From Aeromonas rivuli (lineage in GTDB: Bacteria; Pseudomonadota; Gammaproteobacteria; Enterobacterales; Aeromonadaceae), in NCBI RefSeq assembly GCF_000820045.1, contig NZ_CDBJ01000001.1:20621-44620 (forward strand): a stretch of 24,000 nt of DNA, read 5' to 3'. The notes under the pieces were generated by a model, which worked only from the letters and a program-made list of their open reading frames with translations, had not been told where the DNA came from and ran no database searches. This document shows positions 14,522 to 24,000 of this stretch, piece by piece (positions within the stretch are counted from its first letter, which is position 1; each line of letters opens with the position of its first letter). The translations under genes were made by a program, and so were the position numbers.

Positions 14522-15400
14522 ATGTCACTCATCTTCAGCCAACTGCTCGACGACGCCATCACTGAGCAGGCCCCCTTCGAGCGAGTCTGGTTTGCCAGTG
14601 AGCAGGGGGTGCCGCCCAGCTTCAGCTACCAGGTCAACTTTCCCCGCCTCGAGCTGGTGTTCAGCGGCGAGTATGTCAATCAGGTCTGGGACAAGGGGCA
14701 GGGCAGCCAGGAGATCCGGATATTGCCGGGGCAGGCGCTCTATATTCCGCCCAACGGCTGGAACAAGCCGCAGTGGAGCACGGATTGCTCGGTGCTGAGC
14801 CTGCTGTTTGGCAAGCGCCAGCTTGGCTTCAGCCTGGTGAGCAAACGCCGGGAAGATCCCGATTTCTTCGATGTGCAAAAACACAGCATCATGGCCCGGG
14901 CCGGTCATGTGACAGAGCATATTCTGGCGGCCCTCAACGTGTTGACCGAGGATCCCGGCCGCTCCCCCACCGACAACCATCTGCTGCTGGCGCTGCTGAC
15001 CAGTGCCCAGCAACTGCTTGGCACATCGGCGACCGAGCGGCCCCGGGGTGCGGACTTGTTTCATGGCATCTGCATCTATATCCAGGAAAATTTTCACCGC
15101 CCCATCAGTCGTGACTCCATCGCCCACCGCTTCAACCTGTCGGCCAGTCATCTCTCCCACCTGTTTCGTGAGCAGGGTCATATGCGGCTGGCGGATTACA
15201 TCAGCTGGGTGCGGATCGACAGAGCCAAGTTCATGCTCAAGAAGTACCGCTTCCGCCTGGAAGAGGTGGCCAATCGATGTGGCTACGGCGATGTGAATTA
15301 CTTCTGCCGGGTGTTCAAGCAAAAAACCGGATTGACCCCCTCCCAATACCGCGCCCTGAGCCAGCCTCAGGGGGAGGGCCAGCCCCTGACGGGAGCGTGA
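14522..15400 (+). CDS. AraC/XylS-family transcriptional regulator, likely mannose-locus regulator
   Basis: The C-terminal double HTH is ICIYIQENFHRPISRDSIAHRFNLSASHLSHLFREQGHMRLADYISWVRIDRAKFMLKK...EEVANRCGYGDVNYFCRVFKQKTGLTPSQYR. It is divergent from manA. The track ORF starts at a TTG (14477). I prefer the first ATG (MSLIFSQLLDD), though no strong SD is visible. Confidence 0.85.
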   Translation: MSLIFSQLLDDAITEQAPFERVWFASEQGVPPSFSYQVNFPRLELVFSGEYVNQVWDKGQGSQEIRILPGQALYIPPNGWNKPQWSTDCSVLSLLFGKRQLGFSLVSKRREDPDFFDVQKHSIMARAGHVTEHILAALNVLTEDPGRSPTDNHLLLALLTSAQQLLGTSATERPRGADLFHGICIYIQENFHRPISRDSIAHRFNLSASHLSHLFREQGHMRLADYISWVRIDRAKFMLKKYRFRLEEVANRCGYGDVNYFCRVFKQKTGLTPSQYRALSQPQGEGQPLTGA

Positions 15401-15553
15401 GTGGCCCAGACTGCGATGATGGAAAAGAGGAGGGGGAGAACTGTCCCGGGGCATCCCGTAGCGGGGTTGTTGGCCGCATTCCCGGTTGGCGGATGAGGCT
15501 GATATCGGGCGCCAGATGAGGGCTACCTGCCTCGTCAGATCACCTGCGAGTCA

Positions 15554-16783
15554 TCATGGCGAAGAGGTGGCTCGGGCTGCCATGCCCGATCTCAGGTGCG
15601 CATAGAGGCCTGCCCCGGCCAAGATCCCGGTCAGGGCCAGCAGCAGCCAGATGGCCGTGCTAGGGCGAGTGCCCGCATCCCCCAGCATAAAGCCGATCAA
15701 CAGGTTGCCAAACAGCGCCATGCAGCCGCCGGCGCTGGCATAGAAGCCGTAGTAGCTGGCGAGCTGGTCGGGGGGGGCGTAGCGGGGCAGCTGGGCGGCA
15801 AAGAGCGGGAAGCAGAGGATGGAGCCCAAGGAGAGCAGGGCCACCTGGGCCAATACCCCCACAGTGGGCCAAGGAGCCAGCAGGGGCAGAGCCAGATAGC
15901 TCAATCCCATCAGCCCAATCCCCAGCCCCATTGCCAGAGGGACGCCAAGATGGCGCTCCACCAGGCGCGAGGCCGGCAGCTGGAGCAGGACGCCGATCAC
16001 CGCCGAGAGGGTGAACACGCCGCCGAGCAGCTCGGTGGCGTCCGGCAGGCTCTGGATATGGGCGGGCAGGGCCAGATAGAGCTGGTGGAACAGGATCTGA
16101 TAGCTGCCTGCCAGCAGGGTGAACATCATGAAGGGGCGCTGACGCAAAATGGTGCCCCATTGGCGCAAGATGGCGCCGCGGGGGGCCTGATTGGCCACCG
16201 GGCGTTTGGGCAGTACCCGATACTGCAGCACCCCGAGCAGGGCGAACAGGCTAGCCGCCAGAATACCCGTCAGGGCATAGCTCTGCTGGGTCAGAGTCAG
16301 GCCGACCAGGGGACCGAGCAGCATGCCCGCCTGGCTGGCGAGGTTGTGCAGGGCGAAGGCGCGCTGGCGCTGGCTCGGGGTGTCGCATTCGCTCGCCAGA
16401 TAGGCCTGGGCGCAGGGGGTGAACAGGGCCCCGGCAAAGCCGGTCAGGGCCGCCGCCAGCAGCAGTATGGGCAGGGACTCGGCCCAGCCCAGCAGTACGA
16501 AACCGACCGATCGCACCAGGCAACCCCAGACGATGGCGGGGTGATAGCCGATGCGATCCCCCAGCGTTCCCCCCAGCAAAAACAGCCCCTGCTGGCTGAA
16601 GACCCGCATCCCCATCACCAGGCCGCAGGCCCAGCCGGCGAGGCCAAGGCCGCTGCCCATGTGCTGGGCGAGGAAGGGCAGCATCATGTAGAAGCCGAGA
16701 TTGAACGCCAGGCCATTGATGATGAGCAGGCGGGCGGCCAGGCTCATGCCCTGCCAGTCCCGCCAGTAGGAGGCGCCGTTCAT
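15554..16783 (-). CDS. MFS transporter (12-TM, MdtH-like fold), last gene of the ABC operon
   Basis: 409-aa hydrophobic ORF with MFS motif A-like GGTLGDRIGYHP after TM2. It starts 61 nt downstream of the ATPase gene on the same strand. Confidence 0.85.
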   Translation of the reverse strand: MNGASYWRDWQGMSLAARLLIINGLAFNLGFYMMLPFLAQHMGSGLGLAGWACGLVMGMRVFSQQGLFLLGGTLGDRIGYHPAIVWGCLVRSVGFVLLGWAESLPILLLAAALTGFAGALFTPCAQAYLASECDTPSQRQRAFALHNLASQAGMLLGPLVGLTLTQQSYALTGILAASLFALLGVLQYRVLPKRPVANQAPRGAILRQWGTILRQRPFMMFTLLAGSYQILFHQLYLALPAHIQSLPDATELLGGVFTLSAVIGVLLQLPASRLVERHLGVPLAMGLGIGLMGLSYLALPLLAPWPTVGVLAQVALLSLGSILCFPLFAAQLPRYAPPDQLASYYGFYASAGGCMALFGNLLIGFMLGDAGTRPSTAIWLLLALTGILAGAGLYAHLRSGMAARATSSP

Positions 16784-16844
16784 GTTGCGTGCATCCGGGG
16801 GCCGGTTGCGGGCCAGGCCGCAGGCGCTGTCATGGGAAGTCTCG

Positions 16845-17615
16845 TCATGATTGTCTTCGCAGGGTACGAAGGAAGGGGATGCCGCTCTGATCGTGGCTTA
16901 TCTGCACCGGCACCTGATAGAGGCGCTCGATGAGGTCGGCGTCGAGCACCTGGGAGGGGGGGCCGAAGGCCTGCAGATCGCCCCCTGCCAGCACGATCAG
17001 CTGATCGGCAAACTGGGCCGCCAGGTTGAGATCGTGCAGCACCACCAGGGTGATCCACTGCTGCTCCCGGGTCTGCTGGCAGAGGTGCTCCATCAGTTGC
17101 ATCTGGTGGTGAAGGTCGAGGGCGCTGACCGGCTCGTCCAGCATCATGATGCGGGGGTCGCGCAGCAGCACCTGGGCGAACAGCACCATCTGCCGCTGGC
17201 CGCCGCTTAAGGAGTAGAGGGGGCGATCCGCCAGATGAGCGATGCCGAGGGCCTGCAAGGCGCGGGCGGCGGCCAGGATATCCTCGTCCGCGAGGCGCAT
17301 GGAGAGGCTGTCGAGGCGCCCCAGCACCACCACTTCGATGACGCTCAAGTCCAGCTCCAGCTGGATATTCTGGGGCATGTAGCCAAATTGCTGACGCCAC
17401 TTGGCCTGGGTCATCTGGCGGGCGCTCTGGCCCCCCAGACGGATGTCGCCAGCGGCCGGGGTCAGTTCCCCAAAGAGGGCGCGCAGCAATGAGGTCTTGC
17501 CGGTCCCGTTCGGGCCGATGATCACATGAACCTGACCCGGGTGCAGGGTGAGGCTCAGATCCCGCAGCAGGGTCTGCTGGCCTATGGCGAGGGAGAGTCG
17601 GGATATTTCAAGCAC
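16845..17615 (-). CDS. ABC transporter ATP-binding protein (FecE/FepC/BtuD type)
   Basis: 256-aa ORF with Walker A GPNGTGKTS, signature LSGGQRQ and Walker B IMMLDEPVSALD. The GTG start overlaps the permease stop in GTGCTTGA (8-nt overlap), which suggests translational coupling. Confidence 0.92.
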   Translation of the reverse strand: MLEISRLSLAIGQQTLLRDLSLTLHPGQVHVIIGPNGTGKTSLLRALFGELTPAAGDIRLGGQSARQMTQAKWRQQFGYMPQNIQLELDLSVIEVVVLGRLDSLSMRLADEDILAAARALQALGIAHLADRPLYSLSGGQRQMVLFAQVLLRDPRIMMLDEPVSALDLHHQMQLMEHLCQQTREQQWITLVVLHDLNLAAQFADQLIVLAGGDLQAFGPPSQVLDADLIERLYQVPVQISHDQSGIPFLRTLRRQS

Positions 17616-18660
17616 GTTTACGCCCCCTGCCGAGGATCAGCCAGATGAAGAAGGGCACGCCAATGAGCGCAGTGACGATGCCGATGGGGAAGAGGGCCCC
17701 CGGAATGATGGACTTGGAGAGCACCGAAGCGGCCGACAGCATGCAGGCGCCGCACAGGGCCGACAGCGGGATCAGGAAGCGCTGATCTTCCCCCACCAGC
17801 ATGCGGGCTATGTGGGGGGCCACCAGGCCGACGAAGCCGATGATGCCGACGAAGCTGGTGGCGGTGGCGGTGAGCAGGGCCACCAGGATCAGGGTCTTGA
17901 GGCGCAGTCTGTCCACATTGACTCCGAGGCTGCGGGCGCGAGCCTCGCCGAGCCGCAGGCTGGTGAGGGCCCAGGCATCCCGATAGATGAGCACGCTGCA
18001 GATCAGGGTGACGGCGGCCGTGATCAGCAAGGCATCCCAGCTGGTGCGCATCAGGCTGCCAAACAGCCAGAACATGATCTGCTGGTTGAGCTCGGGGGAG
18101 GAGAGGAACTGCAGCAGGGAGAGCAGGGACTGGAACAGGAACAGCAGGGCTATGCCCGCCAGGATCAGGGTCTGGCTGCTGATGTTGCGCATCATGGCCA
18201 GACCAAACAAGAGGCTGGCGGCAAACATGCACAGGATGAAGGCACCGGCCGGAATGGCAATCAGGGGCGGCAGACCAAGACCGCCGGTATAGAGCGCCAG
18301 TGCCGCGCCAAGCCCGGCCGCGGCCGCGAGCCCCAGGGTGTAGGGGCTGGCCAGGGGGTTGTCCAGCAGGGTCTGCATCTGCACGCCGCCAAGCCCGAGG
18401 GAGGCGCCGACCACCAGCGCCATCAGGGCGATGGGCAGGCGCATGTCAAAGACGATGGTGCGGGTCATGGAGTCCGCCTGGGCGGGGGAGAGCAGGGCAT
18501 CGATCACTTCCCCAAGGGGCAGCAGGGAGGGGCCGGTGGCGATGTCGAGCACCAGGGTAATGCACAGCACCAGGGTGAGCAGCGTCAGCCAGTGCCAGCG
18601 GCGGCGCTCCCGTTGCCGCTGGCGGGTGAGGGTCTGCTGCAGGGCAGCCAAATCATTCAT
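17608..18660 (-). CDS. FecCD-family ABC permease (iron-siderophore / B12 / heme type)
   Basis: Polytopic ORF with typical FecCD features (LVVGASLGLGGVQMQTLLDNPLASPYTLG, GIIGFVGLVAPHIARMLVG). I prefer Met15 (ATG 18660, AGGA upstream) over the track start at 18702. Confidence 0.9.
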   Translation of the reverse strand: MNDLAALQQTLTRQRQRERRRWHWLTLLTLVLCITLVLDIATGPSLLPLGEVIDALLSPAQADSMTRTIVFDMRLPIALMALVVGASLGLGGVQMQTLLDNPLASPYTLGLAAAAGLGAALALYTGGLGLPPLIAIPAGAFILCMFAASLLFGLAMMRNISSQTLILAGIALLFLFQSLLSLLQFLSSPELNQQIMFWLFGSLMRTSWDALLITAAVTLICSVLIYRDAWALTSLRLGEARARSLGVNVDRLRLKTLILVALLTATATSFVGIIGFVGLVAPHIARMLVGEDQRFLIPLSALCGACMLSAASVLSKSIIPGALFPIGIVTALIGVPFFIWLILGRGRKRA

Positions 18661-18779
18661 GATAACCATCCTGAAACGGGCGCTCTCAAGGGGCGCCCGC
18701 AAGGGTTGAAGAGGGATGACGAAGAGGGACTTTCCCGACTCGGGTCGGGACAGTCCGGCCCGTCAGGTTCAACCAGCCA

Positions 18780-19886
18780 TTACTTGATACCCAGCATAAA
18801 GGTGCCCTGGGGACGAATGGGCAGATAGCTGCGGTAGAAGCCCTGATAGGTGGCCAGGGGATCGAGATCCTGGAACAAGTCGGGGTAGAGCGCCTTGGCC
18901 ATGAACTCGATGAGGGCGGCATCCATGATGCTGCGGGTGGCGCCGTGATAGACGGCGTAGAGGCGACCCTGCTGCACGGCGGGCAACTCGCTCCAGCCCG
19001 GACGGGCGGCAAAGCCCTGCAGACGCTGGCGCACCGTCTCGGCCGAGACGTCCTGACCGACCTGCATCGCCTCTGCGCTGCTCACGCTCTCGTAGCCCGC
19101 CATCAGGATCACCTCGGGTTTGCTCGCCAGCAGCTGCTCAGGGTGTATGGGGCCCCAGCGTTCGACGAAGGGGGCCGCGACGTTGTCACCGCCGGCCAGC
19201 AGGGCCATGGCGCCCCACATGTCCTTGCCATAGGTGTAGCTGTACTCGGCCGGGCCCTTGTCCCCCAGCTCGATATAGACCCGGGGCGGCTGGCGCTTCG
19301 CCTGGGCAACCCGGGAAGTGATGGTGTCAATCCTGGCCTTGTATTCGTCGGCCATCTTCTGGGCACGGGCCTCCTGGCCGGTCACCTTGCCAAGCAGCAG
19401 GGTGCTTGCCATGTGGCGGGCCAGGGTCTGGGCGTTGTAGTCCACCACCACCACCGGGATGCCTGCCTGCTCGAGGCGCGGCAGATCCGGGGCCAGGGCC
19501 TCGTATTGCCACTGGGCCAGGATCACCAGATCGGGTTTGACCGCCAGGGTCTTCTCGATGGAGAAGCTCTGATCCTGCACGTTGCCAAGGTCGGGCACCT
19601 TGGCCAGTTGTGGCAGGCTGGCCACATAGAGGGACCAGATGGCGGGGCGGGACTTGACGAACCAGCCACGGGACATGCCCACCAGGCGATCGGCGCCCCC
19701 TTCACCGGCCACAGCCAGGTAATCCTCGGGATAGAAACCGAGCACGATGCGGCTCGCGGGCAGGCTCAGGGAGACCTTGCGGCCCATCACATCTTCCACT
19801 TCAACGGGGGCGGCGGCCTGTGCCATCCAGCTCATCAGGACGAGCTGGCCTAACAGCAACACTCTTGCCAGGGGGTGACGAAACAT
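18780..19886 (-). CDS. Periplasmic substrate-binding protein, Peripla_BP_2 (siderophore/heme/B12) class
   Basis: It has a signal peptide MFRHPLARVLLLGQLVLMSWMAQA|AAP, then a VKPDLVILAQW-type motif and a two-lobe length. The track start at 19895 is a TTG. ATG 19886 has GAGG 9 nt upstream. Confidence 0.88.
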   Translation of the reverse strand: MFRHPLARVLLLGQLVLMSWMAQAAAPVEVEDVMGRKVSLSLPASRIVLGFYPEDYLAVAGEGGADRLVGMSRGWFVKSRPAIWSLYVASLPQLAKVPDLGNVQDQSFSIEKTLAVKPDLVILAQWQYEALAPDLPRLEQAGIPVVVVDYNAQTLARHMASTLLLGKVTGQEARAQKMADEYKARIDTITSRVAQAKRQPPRVYIELGDKGPAEYSYTYGKDMWGAMALLAGGDNVAAPFVERWGPIHPEQLLASKPEVILMAGYESVSSAEAMQVGQDVSAETVRQRLQGFAARPGWSELPAVQQGRLYAVYHGATRSIMDAALIEFMAKALYPDLFQDLDPLATYQGFYRSYLPIRPQGTFMLGIK

Positions 19887-20296
19887 CTTGTACAACCTCG
19901 GGGGGACACGGCTTAAAAAGAAAGTGAGAACTATTACTATTTAATGTTCAAAAAGCAATGAGGTTCTACATGGTCAGTCCTCTCTTTTTCTCCCCGGGAG
20001 GGGCGTTTGCGTGGTCTAATCCCGCCCCCCGCGAGGGCCTGCCTTTCTCTGAACGGGCTGATTTTTGACCCCAGGGGGAGGGCGATGCAACCATGGCGCC
20101 CCGAGTGCGTACTGCTGAGGAAGGGGAGTGAAAAAGCCCGGACTCATCTTCTTCTTTGGGTCGGCGCAGTCGCATTGTGATCCAGTGCGCGACTATGGTC
20201 CGCGCAGTGTGCTCACCATTTGATTATGTAAAAGGATGGGCTAAGATGGCCGCGGAAACGATCAGATTGATAACAAAAGGAAGTTAGGAGATGCCG

Positions 20297-21550
<1,254 letters not shown>

Positions 21551-21573
21551 TCTATTGATTTCTTTGACATTTA

Positions 21574-21605
21574 AAGGCCGCCATCAGATGATGGCGGCCT
21601 TTTTC
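21574..21605 (+). terminator. Rho-independent terminator of icd
   Basis: AAGGCCGCCATC-AGAT-GATGGCGGCCTT (12-bp stem) followed by TTTC, about 25 nt after the icd stop. Confidence 0.85.
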
Positions 21606-21960
21606 ATTGAGGCAATACCGCCAGTTGATGAGCCATGGGCCAGATGTTGGCAATGACGTTGCTAGTCCAAAGGAAAGATTCCAATGACACCTGGTTAATT
21701 GCCTGTAAACCAACCAAACGGACCCTGATAATTTCCTTTTCTGTACTCTTGGGAGAGGGAGGATGCTAGAATCCGAAGCTGATTTTAAGCGCCATCTGTG
21801 GGCACCTTTGACATTCTTTGCCCATGGCTAATCAATAGTGTGTCAGCTCGTCTCAGAGCCCCGATGCTCCGCCTTGCAGTTCAACGTGTCACCTGAGGTC
21901 AACATCATGATCCGTGCGCACACACAATCTGGTCAAAAGCAGCAAACTGGGGGCTGTCAC

Positions 21961-21977
21961 CCAGGGGCGGTAGCCTG
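21961..21977 (+). promoter_or_regulatory. JUMPstart sequence with ops element (RfaH-dependent antitermination site)
   Basis: CCAGGGGCGGTAGCCTG matches the conserved 3' half of the JUMPstart consensus CCAGGGGCGGTAGCGTG at 16/17 positions and contains the ops core GGCGGTAG. A second GGTAGCGT follows at 21985..21992. It lies about 115 nt upstream of rmlB, the usual location ahead of polysaccharide clusters. Confidence 0.8.
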
Positions 21978-22092
21978 CGTTTTTGGTAGCGTTTCGAGGC
22001 AAGCGGTTATATTTCAGACATATTTATTGCGAATGAATATCTTTCATTATTTCCCTACTCAGCTAGTCGGTAGCATGAGCAGATCCAGATAA

Positions 22093-23142
22093 ATGAAGAT
22101 ACTCGTAACGGGTGGATCCGGTTTCATCGGTTCGGCGCTGATCCGTCATATTATTCGACAGACCCAAGATGAGGTGGTCAATGTCGATGCGTTGACCTAT
22201 GCCGCCAATACTGCCGCCCTGGAAGAGTGTGCCGACTCACCCCGCTATCAATTTGAACACGCCAACATTTGTGATGGCGCTGCCATGGCACGTATTTTTT
22301 CAGTACACCAGCCTGATGTTGTCATGCATCTCGCCGCCGAAAGCCATGTGGATCGTTCCATCACCGAGCCGGCCAGCTTTATTCAAACCAACATCATCGG
22401 TACCTATACCCTGTTGGAGGCGGCAAGAACCTATTGGGATGGTTTACCTGCGGAGCGTCAGGCAAGGTTTCGCCTGCAGCATGTCTCGACCGATGAGGTG
22501 TATGGTGACCTGCCTCATCCGGATGAGTTTTCTGTTTCTTCTTCCCTTGCGAAAGGGAGTCGAAGTGAGGCAGAAACATTGCCGCTCTTTACCGAAACCA
22601 CAGCCTATGCACCGAGCAGCCCTTACTCTGCCGCCAAGGCATCGAGTGACCATCTGGTGCGTGCCTGGCACCGAACCTACGGGCTGCCAATCCTGGTGAC
22701 CAATTGCTCTAACAATTACGGACCCTGGCAACATGCGGAGAAACTGATCCCGCAAACTATCAACAATGCCTTGGCCGGCAAGCCAATCCCCCTTTATGGC
22801 AAGGGAGACCAGATCCGTGACTGGCTCTATGTGGATGATCATGTCCGTGCCCTTTATCTGGTACTGACTGAGGGGAAGGTCGGCGAGACCTACAACATCG
22901 GCGGCCACAATGAGAAGCGGAATCTAGAGGTGATGCAGACCATCTGTGATCTGCTTGATAAGCTGGTACCCAAAACAGGCTCTTATCGTGATCAGATCAC
23001 ACTTGTGGCAGACCGCTTAGGTCACGATCGTCGCTATGCTATCAATGCAAGAAAAATAAAATTAGATTTGAACTGGCAGCCTCAAGATAATTTTGAGTCA
23101 GGCATTAGAAAAACAGTAATTTTTTTGATAAACAGTCAGTAA
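22093..23142 (+). CDS. rmlB: dTDP-glucose 4,6-dehydratase
   Basis: [21 protein letters not shown]... contains [34 protein letters not shown] (YxxxK) and NCSNNYGP, colinear with E. coli RfbB as I remember it. The C-terminus ends early after GIRKTV, and the last ~100 nt are AT-rich. Confidence 0.92.
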   Translation: MKILVTGGSGFIGSALIRHIIRQTQDEVVNVDALTYAANTAALEECADSPRYQFEHANICDGAAMARIFSVHQPDVVMHLAAESHVDRSITEPASFIQTNIIGTYTLLEAARTYWDGLPAERQARFRLQHVSTDEVYGDLPHPDEFSVSSSLAKGSRSEAETLPLFTETTAYAPSSPYSAAKASSDHLVRAWHRTYGLPILVTNCSNNYGPWQHAEKLIPQTINNALAGKPIPLYGKGDQIRDWLYVDDHVRALYLVLTEGKVGETYNIGGHNEKRNLEVMQTICDLLDKLVPKTGSYRDQITLVADRLGHDRRYAINARKIKLDLNWQPQDNFESGIRKTVIFLINSQ

Positions 23143-23417
23143 AGCCTGTCAGTTCATAATATGCAGCATAGCTTATTATATTTATTGGAAACATAAATTA
23201 ATAATCATTTTTATAATTTAGTTTCCTTTGATTAGTAGAAAATATAGCTCCCCTGCACAGTAGTATTTTATTAGTCATAATTACTCTAACTAACTTTTAA
23301 TTTTCACTAAATTAGTAATATTAGCTATGATTATTTAGGCGTTTTATTTGTATGGTGAAAACTGTTTTGTCTTTATTATCGTGGATGGCAAACAATGTTG
23401 AATATTAACGTGGCATT

Positions 23418-24000
23418 ATGTTGAAAAATAAAGTACTAAGTAATTCTCTTTGGATGATGCTAGAAAAAATTAGTCGCCTCGTTATCGGTGTTTTAGTCAG
23501 TAGTTTAATGGCTCGAAGTTTGGGGCCGGATGGGTTCGGACAGTTAAATTTTTTTATTTCTTTGCTGACAATTTCCTCGGTACTCAGTTCGCTTGGCCTG
23601 AATCGCATCATCGTACGAGACGTTGTCAATCATATTGAGGACAAGTTGTTTTGTCAAAACACAGTTGTAACCACATTTTATCTGAGGCTAGCCGTCTCCT
23701 TAATTTTGTGGATTACGATAGCGGTTGTCAGCTCGCTGTTTTGGCCTGATAACATATTGTTTGTTGTAATTATTTTTGCCTCGCTATTTTTTATCGCATT
23801 TGATGTTTTTGATTTTTACGCTCAAGGAATATCCGATTTCAAAATAATTAGCCTCTGTCGTCTGAGCACTTTTTTGATTACATCTTTGCTCAAGATTGGA
23901 GTCATCTTTCTGGGGGGAGGGCTAGAGGCCTTTGTCTGGTTGGTGATGATAGAATACCTACTTGTTGCAGTTCTCTTCTATTTGTTTTTTGTTCGCAGGC
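23418..24000 (+). CDS. wzx: Polysaccharide (O-antigen/capsule) flippase, MOP/Wzx family; 3' end runs off the window (partial)
   Basis: Absent from the track because it has no stop in the window. Hand translation from ATG 23418 (an in-frame stop lies 12 nt upstream) is open for 194 codons to position 24000: MLKNKVLSNSLWMMLEKISRLVIGVLVSSLMARSLGPDGFGQLNFFISLLTISSVLSSLGLNRIIVRD... This is a typical Wzx N-terminus, multi-TM and very AT-rich. Confidence 0.7.
   Translation, partial: MLKNKVLSNSLWMMLEKISRLVIGVLVSSLMARSLGPDGFGQLNFFISLLTISSVLSSLGLNRIIVRDVVNHIEDKLFCQNTVVTTFYLRLAVSLILWITIAVVSSLFWPDNILFVVIIFASLFFIAFDVFDFYAQGISDFKIISLCRLSTFLITSLLKIGVIFLGGGLEAFVWLVMIEYLLVAVLFYLFFVRR

Noticed and set aside
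19926-19949. Fur box upstream of the ABC-transporter operon
   Set aside because: The best alignment I could make is about 10/19 to the consensus. The region is AT-rich, with tandem AATAGT hexamers, but below the match level I would accept without a PWM score. It is mentioned only as a possibility in the findings.
19966-20175. 69-aa minus-strand ORF between the ABC operon promoter and icd
   Set aside because: The translation is R/P/G/S-rich and low-complexity, with no SD. It sits in a divergent promoter region and is likely spurious.
21551-22092. Prophage or island integration at the icd 3' end (the e14-type att site in E. coli)
   Set aside because: icd is full length with a normal C-terminus and its own terminator. 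There is no duplicated icd 3' fragment, integrase or phage gene. The downstream DNA is a polysaccharide-cluster leader.
21838-22092. 84-aa plus-strand ORF directly upstream of rmlB
   Set aside because: It overlaps the JUMPstart/ops leader, which is normally untranslated. It has no SD and an odd composition, so it is most likely spurious.
22199-23629. Overlapping ORFs 22199..22699(+), 22394..22579(-), 22444..22908(-) and 23405..23629(-)
   Set aside because: They are alternative-frame or antisense ORFs inside rmlB and wzx, both of which have strong family signatures in their own frames.

Overview
High-G+C (about 60% by eye) gammaproteobacterial chromosome segment. Gene content and protein sequences fit Aeromonas best (inference, not searched). 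The backbone is ordinary sugar, iron and central metabolism. In order: a partial fructose-family PTS EIIABC gene (1-1808, minus); about 1 kb of unusual non-coding DNA; a low-GC islet with a small EamA-type membrane protein and a divergent LysR regulator (2818-4208); a small CxxC zinc-ribbon ORF (4751-5020); the malI / malX-malY locus with a perfect 16-bp LacI-type operator (5197-9409); a two-gene cassette of unknown function (9435-10541, minus); a mannose locus (fructose-family PTS with EIIA-EIIC-EIIB order 10756-12663, manA 13181-14392, divergent AraC regulator 14522-15400); a minus-strand operon of siderophore/B12-type ABC importer (binding protein, permease, ATPase) plus an MFS transporter (19886 down to 15554); icd (20297-21550); and the start of a surface-polysaccharide cluster (JUMPstart/ops 21961-21977, rmlB 22093-23142, low-GC wzx running off the window 23418-24000). 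I saw no transposase, integrase, CRISPR array, tRNA or rRNA. I did not find a clear-cut new multi-gene system. The best leads are: (1) a repeat and hairpin rich, GGA-dense non-coding block at 2160-2360; (2) the orphan membrane protein plus TM-anchored zinc-ribbon cassette at 9435-10541; (3) two PTS paralogs with near-identical EIIA modules, permuted B/C domain order and a shared 36-bp upstream element; (4) a composition break inside the 3' end of rmlB. Most long track ORFs lying opposite the called genes are high-GC antisense shadows.
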